Assembly (NCBI GenBank): GCA_002343485.1
Contig: DDST01000138.1
Coordinates: 53,082-117,081 of the forward strand
Source of the DNA: Proteobacteria bacterium UBA2383
GTDB taxonomy: Bacteria; Pseudomonadota; Gammaproteobacteria; Competibacterales; Competibacteraceae
Length of the DNA: 64,000 nucleotides
Reading direction: 5' to 3'
This document shows, piece after piece, positions 19,103 to 29,032 of this stretch. The notes beneath the pieces were generated by a model, which was not told the DNA's origin, ran no database searches, and saw only the letters and a list, made by a program, of their open reading frames with translations. The position numbers were made by a program, and so were the translations under genes. Within the stretch, counting starts at the first letter, position 1. Every line of letters begins with the position of its first letter.

Positions 19103-19465
19103 TCAGCTCAACAGAATCAGCAGCCAGACCACGGCAGCGTTTAGCAAGGCCATAAACACCGCTGCTGAGCCGATATCCTTGGCGCGACCAGACAGTTCAT
19201 GATGCTCTGGGCCGATACGATCGATGGCAGCTTCGATACCGGTGTTGAGTAATTCGACGATCACGATCAGCAACAGGCTGCCGATGAGCAGCGATCGCTC
19301 CACTGCATTATTGCCGAGCCATAGCGCTAATGGCGTCATAATCGCGCAAAGCAATCCTTCTTGGCGGAATGCTTCCTCATTGCGCCAGGCAGCTCTCAAT
19401 CCAGCCCAGGAGTAGCCGGTCGCATTGACCAGCCGGCGCCAGCCAGTGTGTTGTTGGAAAGCCAT
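19103..19465 (-). CDS. dgkA: diacylglycerol kinase
   Basis: 120 aa, three TM helices, typical DgkA N-terminus (..ATGYSWAGLRAAWRNEEAFRQE..). Confidence 0.9.
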   Translation of the reverse strand: MAFQQHTGWRRLVNATGYSWAGLRAAWRNEEAFRQEGLLCAIMTPLALWLGNNAVERSLLIGSLLLIVIVELLNTGIEAAIDRIGPEHHELSGRAKDIGSAAVFMALLNAAVVWLLILLS

Positions 19466-19471
19466 GACTGC

Positions 19472-20929
19472 TCAGGACTCGCTGGCTGGATGCCAAGCCA
19501 GATCCATGTCGCGGGCGGCCCGTACCTCATCCAAACGGCGCACCGGTCGATGATGCGGGGCGCCCTTGACCAGATCGGGGCTGGTTTCCGCTTCCTGTTG
19601 AATTTGCCGCATCGCGGCGATGAAGCCATCCAGTTCCTCTTTGCACTCGGTTTCGGTGGGTTCGATCAGCAAGCACTCTGGCACTAGCATTGGAAAATAT
19701 GTGGTTGGCGCGTGATAGCCGAGATCGAGCAATCGCTTAGCAAAGTCCATAGCGGTGATGCCCAGGGTCTTAGCCTGGCGCTTAAGGGTGATGATGAATT
19801 CATGGCTGGCTCGCCGTTGCGGGAAAGCAGGATCGAATCCAGCCTTCACCAGCTCTGCCATCAGGTAGTTGGCGTTCAAGGCCGAATAATCAGCAACCCG
19901 GCCCATGCCAGCCCGGCCTAGCATCCGGGCGTAAACATAGGCGCGTAAGATAACCCCGGCATTGCCCATAAACGCCGATAACGGGCCAATGCTCTGCTGG
20001 CAGTCAACCTCGCTGAGCCAGTGGTAATGCTCGCCTTTCTTAGCGGCCCGTGGTACCGGCAAGAAAGGTTCCAGCCGGGCGTTGGCCGCCACCGGTCCCG
20101 AGCCGGGACCGCCACCGCCGTGTGGGGTGGCAAAGGTTTTATGCAAATTCATGTGCATCACGTCAAAGCCCATGTCGCCGGGCCGGGCCTTGCCGAGAAT
20201 AGCGTTGAGGTTGGCGCCGTCGTAGTAGAGCAGGCCGCCGGCATTGTGAACGATGGCAGCGATCTCGGTGATATGGCGCTCGAATACGCCTAGCGTCGAG
20301 GGATTAGTCAGCATCAGCCCGGCGGTTTGTGGCCCGGCCACTTGGCGCAAGGTGGCGAGATCAACATTGCCATGCACATCGGTGGGAATTTCCCGGACGG
20401 TGAAACCACACATGATGGCAGTGGCAGGATTGGTGCCATGCGCCGCGTCGGGAATCAGGATTTCCCGGCGCGCGTGATCGTTATGCGCGACATGATAGGC
20501 ACGAATCATCGCTACCCCAGCAAACTCGCCCTGGGCGCCAGCCATGGGCGTCAGCGAGACCGCGTGCATCCCAGTCACTTCCCGCAGCATTTCCTGCAAC
20601 TCATACAGGCAGGCTAGAAAACCTTGGCTGATGCTCTCCGGCGCCAGCGGGTGACGGTTCAGAAAACCGGGCAGCGAGGCCAGCCGGTGGCAGGCTCGCG
20701 GGTTGTACTTCATAGTGCAGGAACCGAGCGGGTAGAAATGGGTATCGATGGAGAAATTCTTCTGTGACAGACGGGTATAGTGACGCACGGCCTGAAGTTC
20801 TGAAACTTCTGGCAGGGGGGCGGGCTTAGTGCGGCGCAGATTGATCGGCAGGCCGGACAAGGCTTCGCTGGGAGCAGTGGCGGGGATAACACCTTGCCGG
20901 CCAGGCCGGGATTGGTCGAAAATTAGCAT
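19472..20929 (-). CDS. gcvPB: glycine dehydrogenase (decarboxylating) subunit 2
   Basis: 485 aa. [11 protein letters not shown] start, [13 protein letters not shown], and the PLP-lysine region NLHKTF. Confidence 0.95.
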   Translation of the reverse strand: MLIFDQSRPGRQGVIPATAPSEALSGLPINLRRTKPAPLPEVSELQAVRHYTRLSQKNFSIDTHFYPLGSCTMKYNPRACHRLASLPGFLNRHPLAPESISQGFLACLYELQEMLREVTGMHAVSLTPMAGAQGEFAGVAMIRAYHVAHNDHARREILIPDAAHGTNPATAIMCGFTVREIPTDVHGNVDLATLRQVAGPQTAGLMLTNPSTLGVFERHITEIAAIVHNAGGLLYYDGANLNAILGKARPGDMGFDVMHMNLHKTFATPHGGGGPGSGPVAANARLEPFLPVPRAAKKGEHYHWLSEVDCQQSIGPLSAFMGNAGVILRAYVYARMLGRAGMGRVADYSALNANYLMAELVKAGFDPAFPQRRASHEFIITLKRQAKTLGITAMDFAKRLLDLGYHAPTTYFPMLVPECLLIEPTETECKEELDGFIAAMRQIQQEAETSPDLVKGAPHHRPVRRLDEVRAARDMDLAWHPASES

Positions 20930-21139
20930 AGGGAGGTGTCCATTCAGGTTAGGAGAACATTTAATTCATTTGGCAAAGTTAGTAAAAAGTAATCGCTGTT
21001 CTCAATAGATATCAATCCATAATACCAAATCCCGATACGTAAAAACCCGCTTGCAGGCGATGATCAAGCAAAACCGCGGGCAAGCAGATTTTTTATCAAC
21101 TAATTGATTTAGTTGAATTATTTTACAAAACCTCTAATT

Positions 21140-21724
21140 CTATGCCAGATCGGTCAGCAGCGACAGCCGTAGACTCTCGGGTATTGCTGGAATTTCGGCG
21201 GCGTATTCTGGGTGACTGGCGCCGATACCCAAGGGCGCTCCCCCTTTTAACTGGCGCTGCATTTCCGGTGTGAGTTCGAAGCGCAGAAAATGCACAGCAC
21301 TGGTTTTTTCGTCATTTTCCCGCTCTAAATCTTCATCAGCGATTGCAAATATGCGCTCGCACCCTTCCACTTGGACCCAGATCGCATCCTCGATTCCTTT
21401 TAGGTGGGTGAGCATGTATCTCCGTTCTTCAAAGTCTGGATATTCGATGAGTAGCGTAGCCTTGAAATTACTGCCATCCGGCACCAGAGGGTTATACGCT
21501 TCCAGCTCACCTTCGATGCCGTCTTCTTCGAAAATTTTTTCGATCCGCAGCATTTCCTGAATCTGATAGCGAATGGTCAGTTCATCTTCGAAAAGCAGGG
21601 TCAGGTGCTTGCCCAGCGCCAGACTGCGATTCTGTTTGTGAGCGAGCACCCGCTTCCGGAATGTGGGACGTTCCCGAGCGTACTGTTCCAATGACATCAG
21701 GCTGTCACGAGTGATGGCTGGCAT
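21140..21724 (-). CDS. DUF3501-like protein
   Basis: 194 aa, last gene of the rubrerythrin / Fe-S protein trio. The family name is assigned from memory of this conserved trio. Confidence 0.6.
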   Translation of the reverse strand: MPAITRDSLMSLEQYARERPTFRKRVLAHKQNRSLALGKHLTLLFEDELTIRYQIQEMLRIEKIFEEDGIEGELEAYNPLVPDGSNFKATLLIEYPDFEERRYMLTHLKGIEDAIWVQVEGCERIFAIADEDLERENDEKTSAVHFLRFELTPEMQRQLKGGAPLGIGASHPEYAAEIPAIPESLRLSLLTDLA

Positions 21725-21740
21725 GGCGGGTCCTCCGCAG

Positions 21741-23069
21741 TCAAAGCCCGTAGGCGATCCGGATCAGGGAGATGGGATGTTGCTTCTGTGCCGGGGTTTC
21801 ACCCATGCCCTGACAGATATGGCGACCGGCGATCGCACAGTCCGAGCTGACGTAATCTGGATTCGCTTCGGCCATTTGCTTGAAGACGGGACGGCCAATC
21901 TTCATCGAGGTGTCAAAGTATTCACTCTTTACACCCCAGGTACCATCGTGGCCGGCACAGCGCTCCACGGTATGGATGGTCGTGTCCGGAATCAATTGCA
22001 GCAACTCGCGCGTTTTCTGCCCCAGGTTCTGAACCCGGAGATGGCAGGGGATGTGGTAAGAAACCGTGCCGAGCGGTTGCTTGAAGTCAGTCTTGAGTAG
22101 CCCATCCTTATTACGCAGCGCGAGGTATTCGAATGGATCGAACATAGCCTCGGCCACCGCCTGAACGTCAGCATCCTCCGGGTAGATCAGCGGCAATTCT
22201 TGCTTGAACATCAGAGTACAAGAGGGAATGGCGGTCAAAATCGCGTAGCCTTCACGCGCCCGCTTTGCCAGCACCGGAATGTTGGCTTCCTTCAGCCGAT
22301 TGACTGATTCCAGGTCGCCAAGTTCAAGCTTCGGCATTCCGCAGCAGGCTTCTTTTTCGACCAGGATGGCGGGAATCTCATTGTGGGCCAGAATCTTTAG
22401 CAGGTCGTGGCCAATCCCCGGTTCGTTGTAATTGATGTAGCAAGTGGAAAAAATCGCTGCCTTGCCGGGGGTGCGTTGGCCGTCGCGTACTGGAAAATGA
22501 GCTTCGGCTTGAGCATTGGCACGGAAAGGCTTTGGCGCGTAGTCAGGAAGCTGGCGGTCACGGTGGACTTTCAGCATTTTATCCATCATGCCGCGCATTG
22601 CTTTATTTTTGTTGGTGGCGTTGACCGTTTGCGCCACCACGGGAATCGCCAGCAATTTGCCCAAGGCATCGGTGCTGGTCAGCAGCTTGTCCCGGAAGGT
22701 AACTTCGCCTTTCTTGAACTTGACCGCCTTGGCCCGCAGCATCAGGTGCGGAAAATCCAGATTCCAGGGGTGAGGGGGTACATAGGGGCACTTGGTCATG
22801 AAGCACACGTCGCAGAGGTAGCATTGATCCACTACCTCCCCGTATCTGGCTTTCGGAATGCCGTCCACCTCGCCGGTCTCACCTTCATCGATTAGATCGA
22901 AAAGCTTAGGGAAAGCATTACACAGGCTGACACAACGCCGGCAGCCGTGGCAGATATCGAAGACCCGCTCCAATTCGGTGAACAGCGAGCCTTCGTGGTA
23001 GTAGTCGGGATTTTTCCAGTCAATGGGATGCCGTCTTGGCGGCTCCAGATTGCCTTCGCGGACGCTCAT
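21741..23069 (-). CDS. (Fe-S)-binding oxidoreductase, HdrD/GlpC-like with CCG domains
   Basis: 442 aa. Two ferredoxin-type motifs ([29 protein letters not shown]) and C-terminal cysteine-rich CCG-type repeats (CCGMP..., CAGHDG). Confidence 0.85.
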   Translation of the reverse strand: MSVREGNLEPPRRHPIDWKNPDYYHEGSLFTELERVFDICHGCRRCVSLCNAFPKLFDLIDEGETGEVDGIPKARYGEVVDQCYLCDVCFMTKCPYVPPHPWNLDFPHLMLRAKAVKFKKGEVTFRDKLLTSTDALGKLLAIPVVAQTVNATNKNKAMRGMMDKMLKVHRDRQLPDYAPKPFRANAQAEAHFPVRDGQRTPGKAAIFSTCYINYNEPGIGHDLLKILAHNEIPAILVEKEACCGMPKLELGDLESVNRLKEANIPVLAKRAREGYAILTAIPSCTLMFKQELPLIYPEDADVQAVAEAMFDPFEYLALRNKDGLLKTDFKQPLGTVSYHIPCHLRVQNLGQKTRELLQLIPDTTIHTVERCAGHDGTWGVKSEYFDTSMKIGRPVFKQMAEANPDYVSSDCAIAGRHICQGMGETPAQKQHPISLIRIAYGL

Positions 23070-23132
23070 GTTAGCCTCTCCTCGGGGTGGCGCTGCGGGG
23101 TCAGGGCGGACGTTCGGCCCGCCCCTTTACCT

Positions 23133-23552
23133 TCAGTCGACCAGCGCGTCCAGGGCTTTCTGGAAGCGGTTGGCGTGTGAGCGCTCAGCTTTGGCCAGCG
23201 TCTCGAACCAGTCAGCGATCTCATCGAAGCCTTCATCCCGGGCGCTCTTTGCCATGCCCGGATACATGTCAGTGTATTCGTGGGTCTCACCCGCGACCGC
23301 TGATTTCAGATTGTCGCGTGAACTGCCAATCGGCAGGCCCGTGGCCGGATCGCCGACCTGAGCCAGGTAGTCCAGATGACCGTGGGCATGACCCGTTTCG
23401 CCTTCTGCCGTCGAGCGGAACAAGGCCGAGACATCATTCTGACCCTCGACATCGGCCTTATTGGCGAAATACAGGTAGCGGCGATTAGCCTGTGATTCAC
23501 CAGCGAAAGCGGCTTTTAGGTTTTCTTCGGTCTTGGAGCCTTTGAGTTGCAT
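23133..23552 (-). CDS. rubrerythrin-family diiron protein without rubredoxin domain (erythrin-like)
   Basis: 139 aa. Two E..H diiron motifs ([20 protein letters not shown] / AERSHANRF). No C-terminal CxxC pairs. Confidence 0.9.
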   Translation of the reverse strand: MQLKGSKTEENLKAAFAGESQANRRYLYFANKADVEGQNDVSALFRSTAEGETGHAHGHLDYLAQVGDPATGLPIGSSRDNLKSAVAGETHEYTDMYPGMAKSARDEGFDEIADWFETLAKAERSHANRFQKALDALVD

Positions 23553-23793
23553 CGGTAAAGTCCTCTCATTAATGGTGGAAACTAAGGAAGACCTTGATCA
23601 TCTCAAGGTTAAATAAAGCGTAGTTCGTGTAGGGCCATCTGGCTAATTGACTTATGCAATGATGCCGATAGCCATTGCTTATCCTGCTGCTTAGTAGCGA
23701 TGGCGCAAGTCATCATATTGCCCGGCGGAGCTGCCGCGGACGGCGCTATCTATCGCGCCGCCGCTTAATTAGACCTGTTAGCTGTGATTTCGC

Positions 23794-25251
23794 TTAAATG
23801 GGAACATCGCTTAACGCAATACCCAAAGCATCGGCGATGCCTTTGCCGTAAGCAGGATCAGCCTTGAGGCAGTGACTGGTATGGCGAATCTGAATCTCGC
23901 GCGGTACACCCTCCATGGAACGTGCCGTGTTCTCGAATAGCACCTGTTGTTGCGCTGGCGTCATCAGGCGGAATAAGGTGCCTGGCTGAGAGTAATAATC
24001 TGTGTCTTCGCGGTGGTTCCAATGGTCAGCCGCGCCCTCCAGTTGCAGCGGTGGCCCGGTAAAATCCGGTTGCTCCTGCCATTCACCGTAACTGTTTGGT
24101 TCATAGCCCAGCGTGCTGCCGTGGTTGCCATCGACACGCATGGCGCCGTCACGGTGATAGCTGTGTACCGGGCAGCGCGGGGCATTGACCGGAATGAGAT
24201 GGTGATTCACCCCCAAACGGTAGCGCTGGGCATCGCCGTAGGAGAACAGACGCCCCTGCAACATCTTGTCAGGAGAGAAGCCGATACCGGGGACAATATT
24301 GGCGGGGTTAAAAGCGGATTGCTCCACTTCCGCGAAAAAGTTTTCTGGATTACGGTTCAGTTCCATCACGCCCACTTCGATCAGCGGATACTCTTTGTGT
24401 GGCCACACCTTCGTGAGGTCGAAGGGATGATAGGACACCTTCGCAGCGTCGGCTTCCGGCATGATCTGCACCTTAAGCGTCCATTTTGGGAAATCGCCCT
24501 TTTCGATGCGCTCATAGAGATCACGCTGATGGCTTTCGCGATCTTTGCCGATTATTGCTTCGGCTTCTCCATCCGTCAGATTCCGGATGCCTTGCTGCGA
24601 TTTGAAGTGAAACTTGACCCAGTAACGCTCCTTCTTCGCATTGATAAAGCTAAAGGTGTGGCTGCCAAAGCCGTGCATGTGACGGTAAGTCGCCGGGATA
24701 CCGCGGTCGCTCATGACGATGGTGATCTGGTGCAGTGCTTCCGGTAGCGAGGTCCAGAAATCCCAATTGTTCTTTGCACTGCGCATATTGGTGCGCGGGT
24801 CGCGTTTCACGGCATGGTTCAGGTCGGGGAATTTCAGCGGATCGCGCAGGAAGAAGACGGGCGTGTTATTACCGACCAGATCCCAATTGCCTTCCTCAGT
24901 ATAAAATTTCACTGCAAAACCGCGAATATCGCGTTCCGCATCGGCGGCTCCGCGCTCTCCAGCAACGGTGGTGAAGCGTGCAAATAACCCGGTTTGTTTG
25001 CCAACCTGGGAAAAAATCTTCGCCCGCGTGTACTGTGTAATGTCATTGGTGACGGTGAACGTACCGTACGCACCGGAACCTTTCGCATGCATACGTCGCT
25101 CGGGGATTACTTCACGGTCAAAATGGGCAAGTTTTTCTAGGAACCAGACATCTTGCAACAATTGCGGACCGCGCGGCCCTGCGGTCATCACATTTTGGTT
25201 ATGGACGACAGGACATCCGGCATTGGTGGTCAGTTTCTTTTGATCGCTCAT
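23794..25251 (-). CDS. katA: monofunctional haem catalase (small-subunit type)
   Basis: 485 aa. [20 protein letters not shown] distal-His region and [14 protein letters not shown] proximal-Tyr region. AAGGAG 7 nt upstream of the ATG. Confidence 0.97.
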   Translation of the reverse strand: MSDQKKLTTNAGCPVVHNQNVMTAGPRGPQLLQDVWFLEKLAHFDREVIPERRMHAKGSGAYGTFTVTNDITQYTRAKIFSQVGKQTGLFARFTTVAGERGAADAERDIRGFAVKFYTEEGNWDLVGNNTPVFFLRDPLKFPDLNHAVKRDPRTNMRSAKNNWDFWTSLPEALHQITIVMSDRGIPATYRHMHGFGSHTFSFINAKKERYWVKFHFKSQQGIRNLTDGEAEAIIGKDRESHQRDLYERIEKGDFPKWTLKVQIMPEADAAKVSYHPFDLTKVWPHKEYPLIEVGVMELNRNPENFFAEVEQSAFNPANIVPGIGFSPDKMLQGRLFSYGDAQRYRLGVNHHLIPVNAPRCPVHSYHRDGAMRVDGNHGSTLGYEPNSYGEWQEQPDFTGPPLQLEGAADHWNHREDTDYYSQPGTLFRLMTPAQQQVLFENTARSMEGVPREIQIRHTSHCLKADPAYGKGIADALGIALSDVPI

Positions 25252-25262
25252 GAATGTTCTCC

Positions 25263-25358
25263 TTAATTATTATTTATCAATAAGTTATTGTTAAAAATAG
25301 CATCGGTGATAGACACGGCACCGGCAACAACAGTAATGAGAATCTTTGTTTCGGACAT
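25263..25358 (-). CDS. candidate 31-aa upstream small ORF coupled to catalase
   Basis: Below the 60-aa cut-off, so not in the ORF track. AAGGAG, 8 nt, then ATG. Product [31 protein letters not shown]. Its TAA overlaps the catalase Shine-Dalgarno (AAT TAA GGAG). Confidence 0.35.
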   Translation of the reverse strand: MSETKILITVVAGAVSITDAIFNNNLLINNN

Positions 25359-25456
25359 ACGTTAGACTCCTTACGATGAGGCAAGTGATCTTGCCTATGA
25401 AATCTACTATTGCAGAAAATGTGGTTTATCAAAAATTGAATACAACAAATAAATCG

Positions 25457-25471
25457 ATAGTTTTTATCTAT
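25457..25471. promoter_or_regulatory. OxyR-type half-site candidate in the catalase / large-ORF divergent region
   Basis: ATAGTTTTTATCTAT fits ATAGnTnnnAnCTAT at every specified position. The segment 7 nt upstream (25435-25449, ATTGAATACAACAAA) fits only partially. Confidence 0.35.
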
Positions 25472-25490
25472 TAATGAACCGGTAAATGCC

Positions 25491-28400
25491 ATGTTGTTGC
25501 AGTTGACAGCACGCGCCTTTCGACGGCGCGTACTCCGGCCAGCGGAAGGCGTGTTTCTCTTTCATCCCCGCATGTTGCAACGCCTAGTCCGCCGTCACTT
25601 GGGCAATGCGCTGAATGTGGCTATCCCGCCGCTGAACTACTATCTGATGCCGCGCGAGATTTTGCTCATCGGTCTGGAGGACGAGAACCCCGATGTGTTA
25701 CTGATCATTGAGGGACTCAATCTGCCTGCTTGGGTGATTCTTTTGCCTATGCCGTCAGCTCAAGAGTTGGCCACCGGTGATCCTGAGCGCTGGCTACGGG
25801 ATTACTGGGGGCGCCGGTTCGAAGCGGAGGTGGCACGTGCCTGGCAAACAGCACGCCACGATAATCAGGACCATCATGTGTTTGGCGCCCAAGGATTGAT
25901 TCAGCGGATAAGCGGGCCGGCATTTCGCGAAGCGCGAACCTTGCTCGAACAGGACCGGCGGGTGGTGTTGGGTTTGAATGACGAAACACTCTGCCAGCAA
26001 TTTGTTGGTTTCGTCACATATCTTCGCTATTTCGTCCCCGGTGCGCGGGGATATTTCTTTCCAGCTATTCAGGATTGGGACGGGCTGGATCGTTGGTTAA
26101 AAGACAGTGGTCTGGATCTACCGCCACCCCGGCACGGCAGCCGCTGGCCACATCTTCTGATCCGGAGCCGGCCATCCGGTTTCAACGGCACTCCCGATTA
26201 CGAGCCGGAACTACCACTCGATCTGCCTTTTGGCCGGAACGATCCCGATTTGGCCGGTGGCGCTAATACTATTCTGCCCTTACTAGCAAAAGCGCCTTCT
26301 GCTTTCAATAGGCAAACGCTTGCCGGAATAAGGCGAAATCGGGTAGTGGCAGAGAACGGGCGGATTGTCTTGCACTTTGAAACATGTTGTCAGGAAGCTT
26401 TGCAGCAAGCCTCTAGCTTGACTCGGAAATCCAGTGGATTGGTGCCGTTCTGGCACAATCTGATTGGGTATCTGACGCTGGTCATCATGCCACTGATCCC
26501 TCTGTTCGACCGATGGCCAGTTGCGTTTAGTCTCAAGGCAGTGGCAGAGGGAGTGTCTGCTATCCGCCTTCAGGGGTTTCGCCATCGCGTCCAAGCCGCT
26601 TTCAAGGCAGAGATGGCGGGTCACTATGGCGCAGCACTCCAGCATTTGTGCATGGCTGCCCATCTGTACCGGCAAATTATCAGCCGTGTGCTTCCTTCTA
26701 ACAATCCCCGGTCGAACGGAGAAGAAGGAGATACCGTCACATGGACTTTGTGGGAGCGTCAGGAAGAAATCATTGAAGCGCTGGCTCACAATCTTGCCGC
26801 AACGTGGAGGCTAGATTCCCAGTCTACCCGTGTGCTGGAGCATTTGATCCAGCGTTTGCTGGATGAGCCTGCTACGGCGGATTCATCCAGCCCATACTCC
26901 CGCCTATTGCACGGCTTGGAGAAAATTTTCCTGGAAGGACGGATGGACTGCTACCGGTTGCAACCATTTGTCTGGTTGTGGAGCGGGGGCCGGCAACCAC
27001 TGCGGTTGGGGTTGCCGTTTCAAGGTCCGCTCAAGGCATTGCGCACACTGAATGCTGCGAAAATCCGTCTTGATCAGTTGCCGTGGTCCGGGGCTGAGGT
27101 GGCCTACTTTGGTGCGCCTTTGCGAATCTTGGGCGGTCACATCAACCAACGGCTCCGCCAGCAGCTACAGCCGCGCTTGCATCATTTACTTAACGCTGCT
27201 GGTTTTATTCCCAATGATCTTCATCAGCAAGTTGCACAGAATGTTCTCCAGGAAGAATTATTCGAGATGATCCTGCAGCGCTGGCATTTACGCTTTACCG
27301 ATCTGCGCGATGCCGTGGCCCGGAATGAATTACGCTTGCCGGACGCAAAGTGGCGTGAGTTGCTGCTAGGGGACCGGTTGGCGCATTTTGATCGTCAGGC
27401 CAGCGCCGCACTGCCGGGGGTTTATCAACCTGGCGAGTTCTACCTGAAAGGTTTGCAGCAGTTGAGCGCCCCTTTGTTTGGCACAGCGGCTGGCCGATGG
27501 ATCACCCGCTTTTTGCTGTTACCGTTCGGCATCGCCTTCATTGGTCTGGAGGCGCTGAGTTATCTGCTAAGTGTGATGCCAACAGTGGCAGGTCCAGTAC
27601 GGCTGGTCAATCCGGGATCGGTGCTGGGAGCCGGCATGGGATTGATTGTTGTGCTCTACACTGACCGGGGACAGAGGGCGATCGCCGCTGTTGGCAGTGG
27701 TTACCGGTGGTTGTTTGCCGGATTCCTGCCCCAATATTTGGCGCGGTGGCTGCCTTGGGATCGGGCGACCCGCTGGTTTCGCTATCCCTTGGTTCAGAAA
27801 GGTTCCCGTTATCTGCTGGAGCCGCTATTGATTGGCCTGATTATCGCGCTGCCATTGATCGGTATCTCTGTTCTTTTAAAATTGAATATCAATGAGCTGC
27901 CGGCTTTCTTGCTCGCGATTGGCTTCGTTCTGGGCAATATTCTCCGCAACAGCCCATCCGGGCGCCAGATATTGGATGGCATTATTACCCGGTTCGTTAC
28001 CTTCTGGCGGCAGGTTCATCACACGTTGCTCGCCGGTTTAATTCATTGGGTGATCGACCTATTCAGCGGGTGGATGCATCGCATCGAACAGAGCCTGCAC
28101 CGGGTTGATGAAGTGGTGAGCCATCATCGTGATGAAAAGCAGAGCGTCACTATGATCAAAGCTATTATCGGGCCGATGTGGCAGGCGCTCAGCTATCTGA
28201 TCCATTTCTATACGGCTGTGCTGGTCGAGCCACAGGTCAATCCGATCAAACATTTCCCGGTTGTGATGGTAGCCGATAAGTTGATGATGCCGTTTTTTCC
28301 TGCGATGACGGTCGCATTGCTGGCGTTGTTAGACCCGATACTGCCAGGGGTCATCCGTTTACCGCTGGCGACGGTGACCGTGTTGTTGTCACCCGGTTTG

Positions 28401-28982
28401 TTTGGATTTCTGGGCTGGGAATTGAAGGAAAATTGGAAGCTGTATCATGCTAATCATCCTGATGGCGTACAACCGGCACATTTCGGGCCGCATGGAGAGA
28501 CGTTGTACACTTTGTTGCAACCCGGGTTTCATTCAGGGGCACTACCGCAGGCGTTCGCCGGACTCAGACAGGTGATCAGGCTGGAAAGCGAATATCAACG
28601 TCCTTATCCTCAACGCTTACGCCGAGCCGAAGCGCGCCTGAGCGGGATTCTGGAATCTTTCTATGTATTCGTAACCCGTGAATTAGAGTTTGTGCTCCTG
28701 GAGCGATGCCGGAGAGCGGGCTATGAGCAAGCTGAGGTGGCAGTGGTGAAATGGGCGGTAGCCACTGCTGCGCTCAATCTCCAGGTGGCGCTGTATCTCT
28801 TCGGTCAGGAACAGGCAGCGGGTGAACCTATTGTGCTCAGTCTCGATGGTGCTCTGCGGAGCGACGGTCTTGAGGGTACGATGACCTTGACAGGACCTGT
28901 CGAGTTACTGGGTGATGAGGGGGACATCTGGCTGAAAGCGGAAGCTGCACGCTTTCTGGAGCGGGCAGCCTGCAAGCATTGA
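25491..28982 (+). CDS. large (1163 aa) multi-pass membrane protein of unknown function
   Basis: Uninterrupted 3.5-kb frame, monocistronic. About 650 aa soluble N-terminal region, at least 7 hydrophobic helices between about residues 650 and 990, and about 160 aa soluble C-terminus. No catalytic or binding motif recognised. Confidence 0.8.
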   Translation: MLLQLTARAFRRRVLRPAEGVFLFHPRMLQRLVRRHLGNALNVAIPPLNYYLMPREILLIGLEDENPDVLLIIEGLNLPAWVILLPMPSAQELATGDPERWLRDYWGRRFEAEVARAWQTARHDNQDHHVFGAQGLIQRISGPAFREARTLLEQDRRVVLGLNDETLCQQFVGFVTYLRYFVPGARGYFFPAIQDWDGLDRWLKDSGLDLPPPRHGSRWPHLLIRSRPSGFNGTPDYEPELPLDLPFGRNDPDLAGGANTILPLLAKAPSAFNRQTLAGIRRNRVVAENGRIVLHFETCCQEALQQASSLTRKSSGLVPFWHNLIGYLTLVIMPLIPLFDRWPVAFSLKAVAEGVSAIRLQGFRHRVQAAFKAEMAGHYGAALQHLCMAAHLYRQIISRVLPSNNPRSNGEEGDTVTWTLWERQEEIIEALAHNLAATWRLDSQSTRVLEHLIQRLLDEPATADSSSPYSRLLHGLEKIFLEGRMDCYRLQPFVWLWSGGRQPLRLGLPFQGPLKALRTLNAAKIRLDQLPWSGAEVAYFGAPLRILGGHINQRLRQQLQPRLHHLLNAAGFIPNDLHQQVAQNVLQEELFEMILQRWHLRFTDLRDAVARNELRLPDAKWRELLLGDRLAHFDRQASAALPGVYQPGEFYLKGLQQLSAPLFGTAAGRWITRFLLLPFGIAFIGLEALSYLLSVMPTVAGPVRLVNPGSVLGAGMGLIVVLYTDRGQRAIAAVGSGYRWLFAGFLPQYLARWLPWDRATRWFRYPLVQKGSRYLLEPLLIGLIIALPLIGISVLLKLNINELPAFLLAIGFVLGNILRNSPSGRQILDGIITRFVTFWRQVHHTLLAGLIHWVIDLFSGWMHRIEQSLHRVDEVVSHHRDEKQSVTMIKAIIGPMWQALSYLIHFYTAVLVEPQVNPIKHFPVVMVADKLMMPFFPAMTVALLALLDPILPGVIRLPLATVTVLLSPGLFGFLGWELKENWKLYHANHPDGVQPAHFGPHGETLYTLLQPGFHSGALPQAFAGLRQVIRLESEYQRPYPQRLRRAEARLSGILESFYVFVTRELEFVLLERCRRAGYEQAEVAVVKWAVATAALNLQVALYLFGQEQAAGEPIVLSLDGALRSDGLEGTMTLTGPVELLGDEGDIWLKAEAARFLERAACKH

Positions 28983-29032
28983 AGCCATCTAGGGGGTATT
29001 ATTGGATAACATATTAATTTATATATTAATAA

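Noticed and set aside
20930-21139. Glycine riboswitch upstream of gcvPB
   Set aside because: Neither strand shows the conserved GGAGAG...CACCG...GGGGCAA-type cores. The region looks like a promoter plus the preceding operon's terminator-like hairpin.
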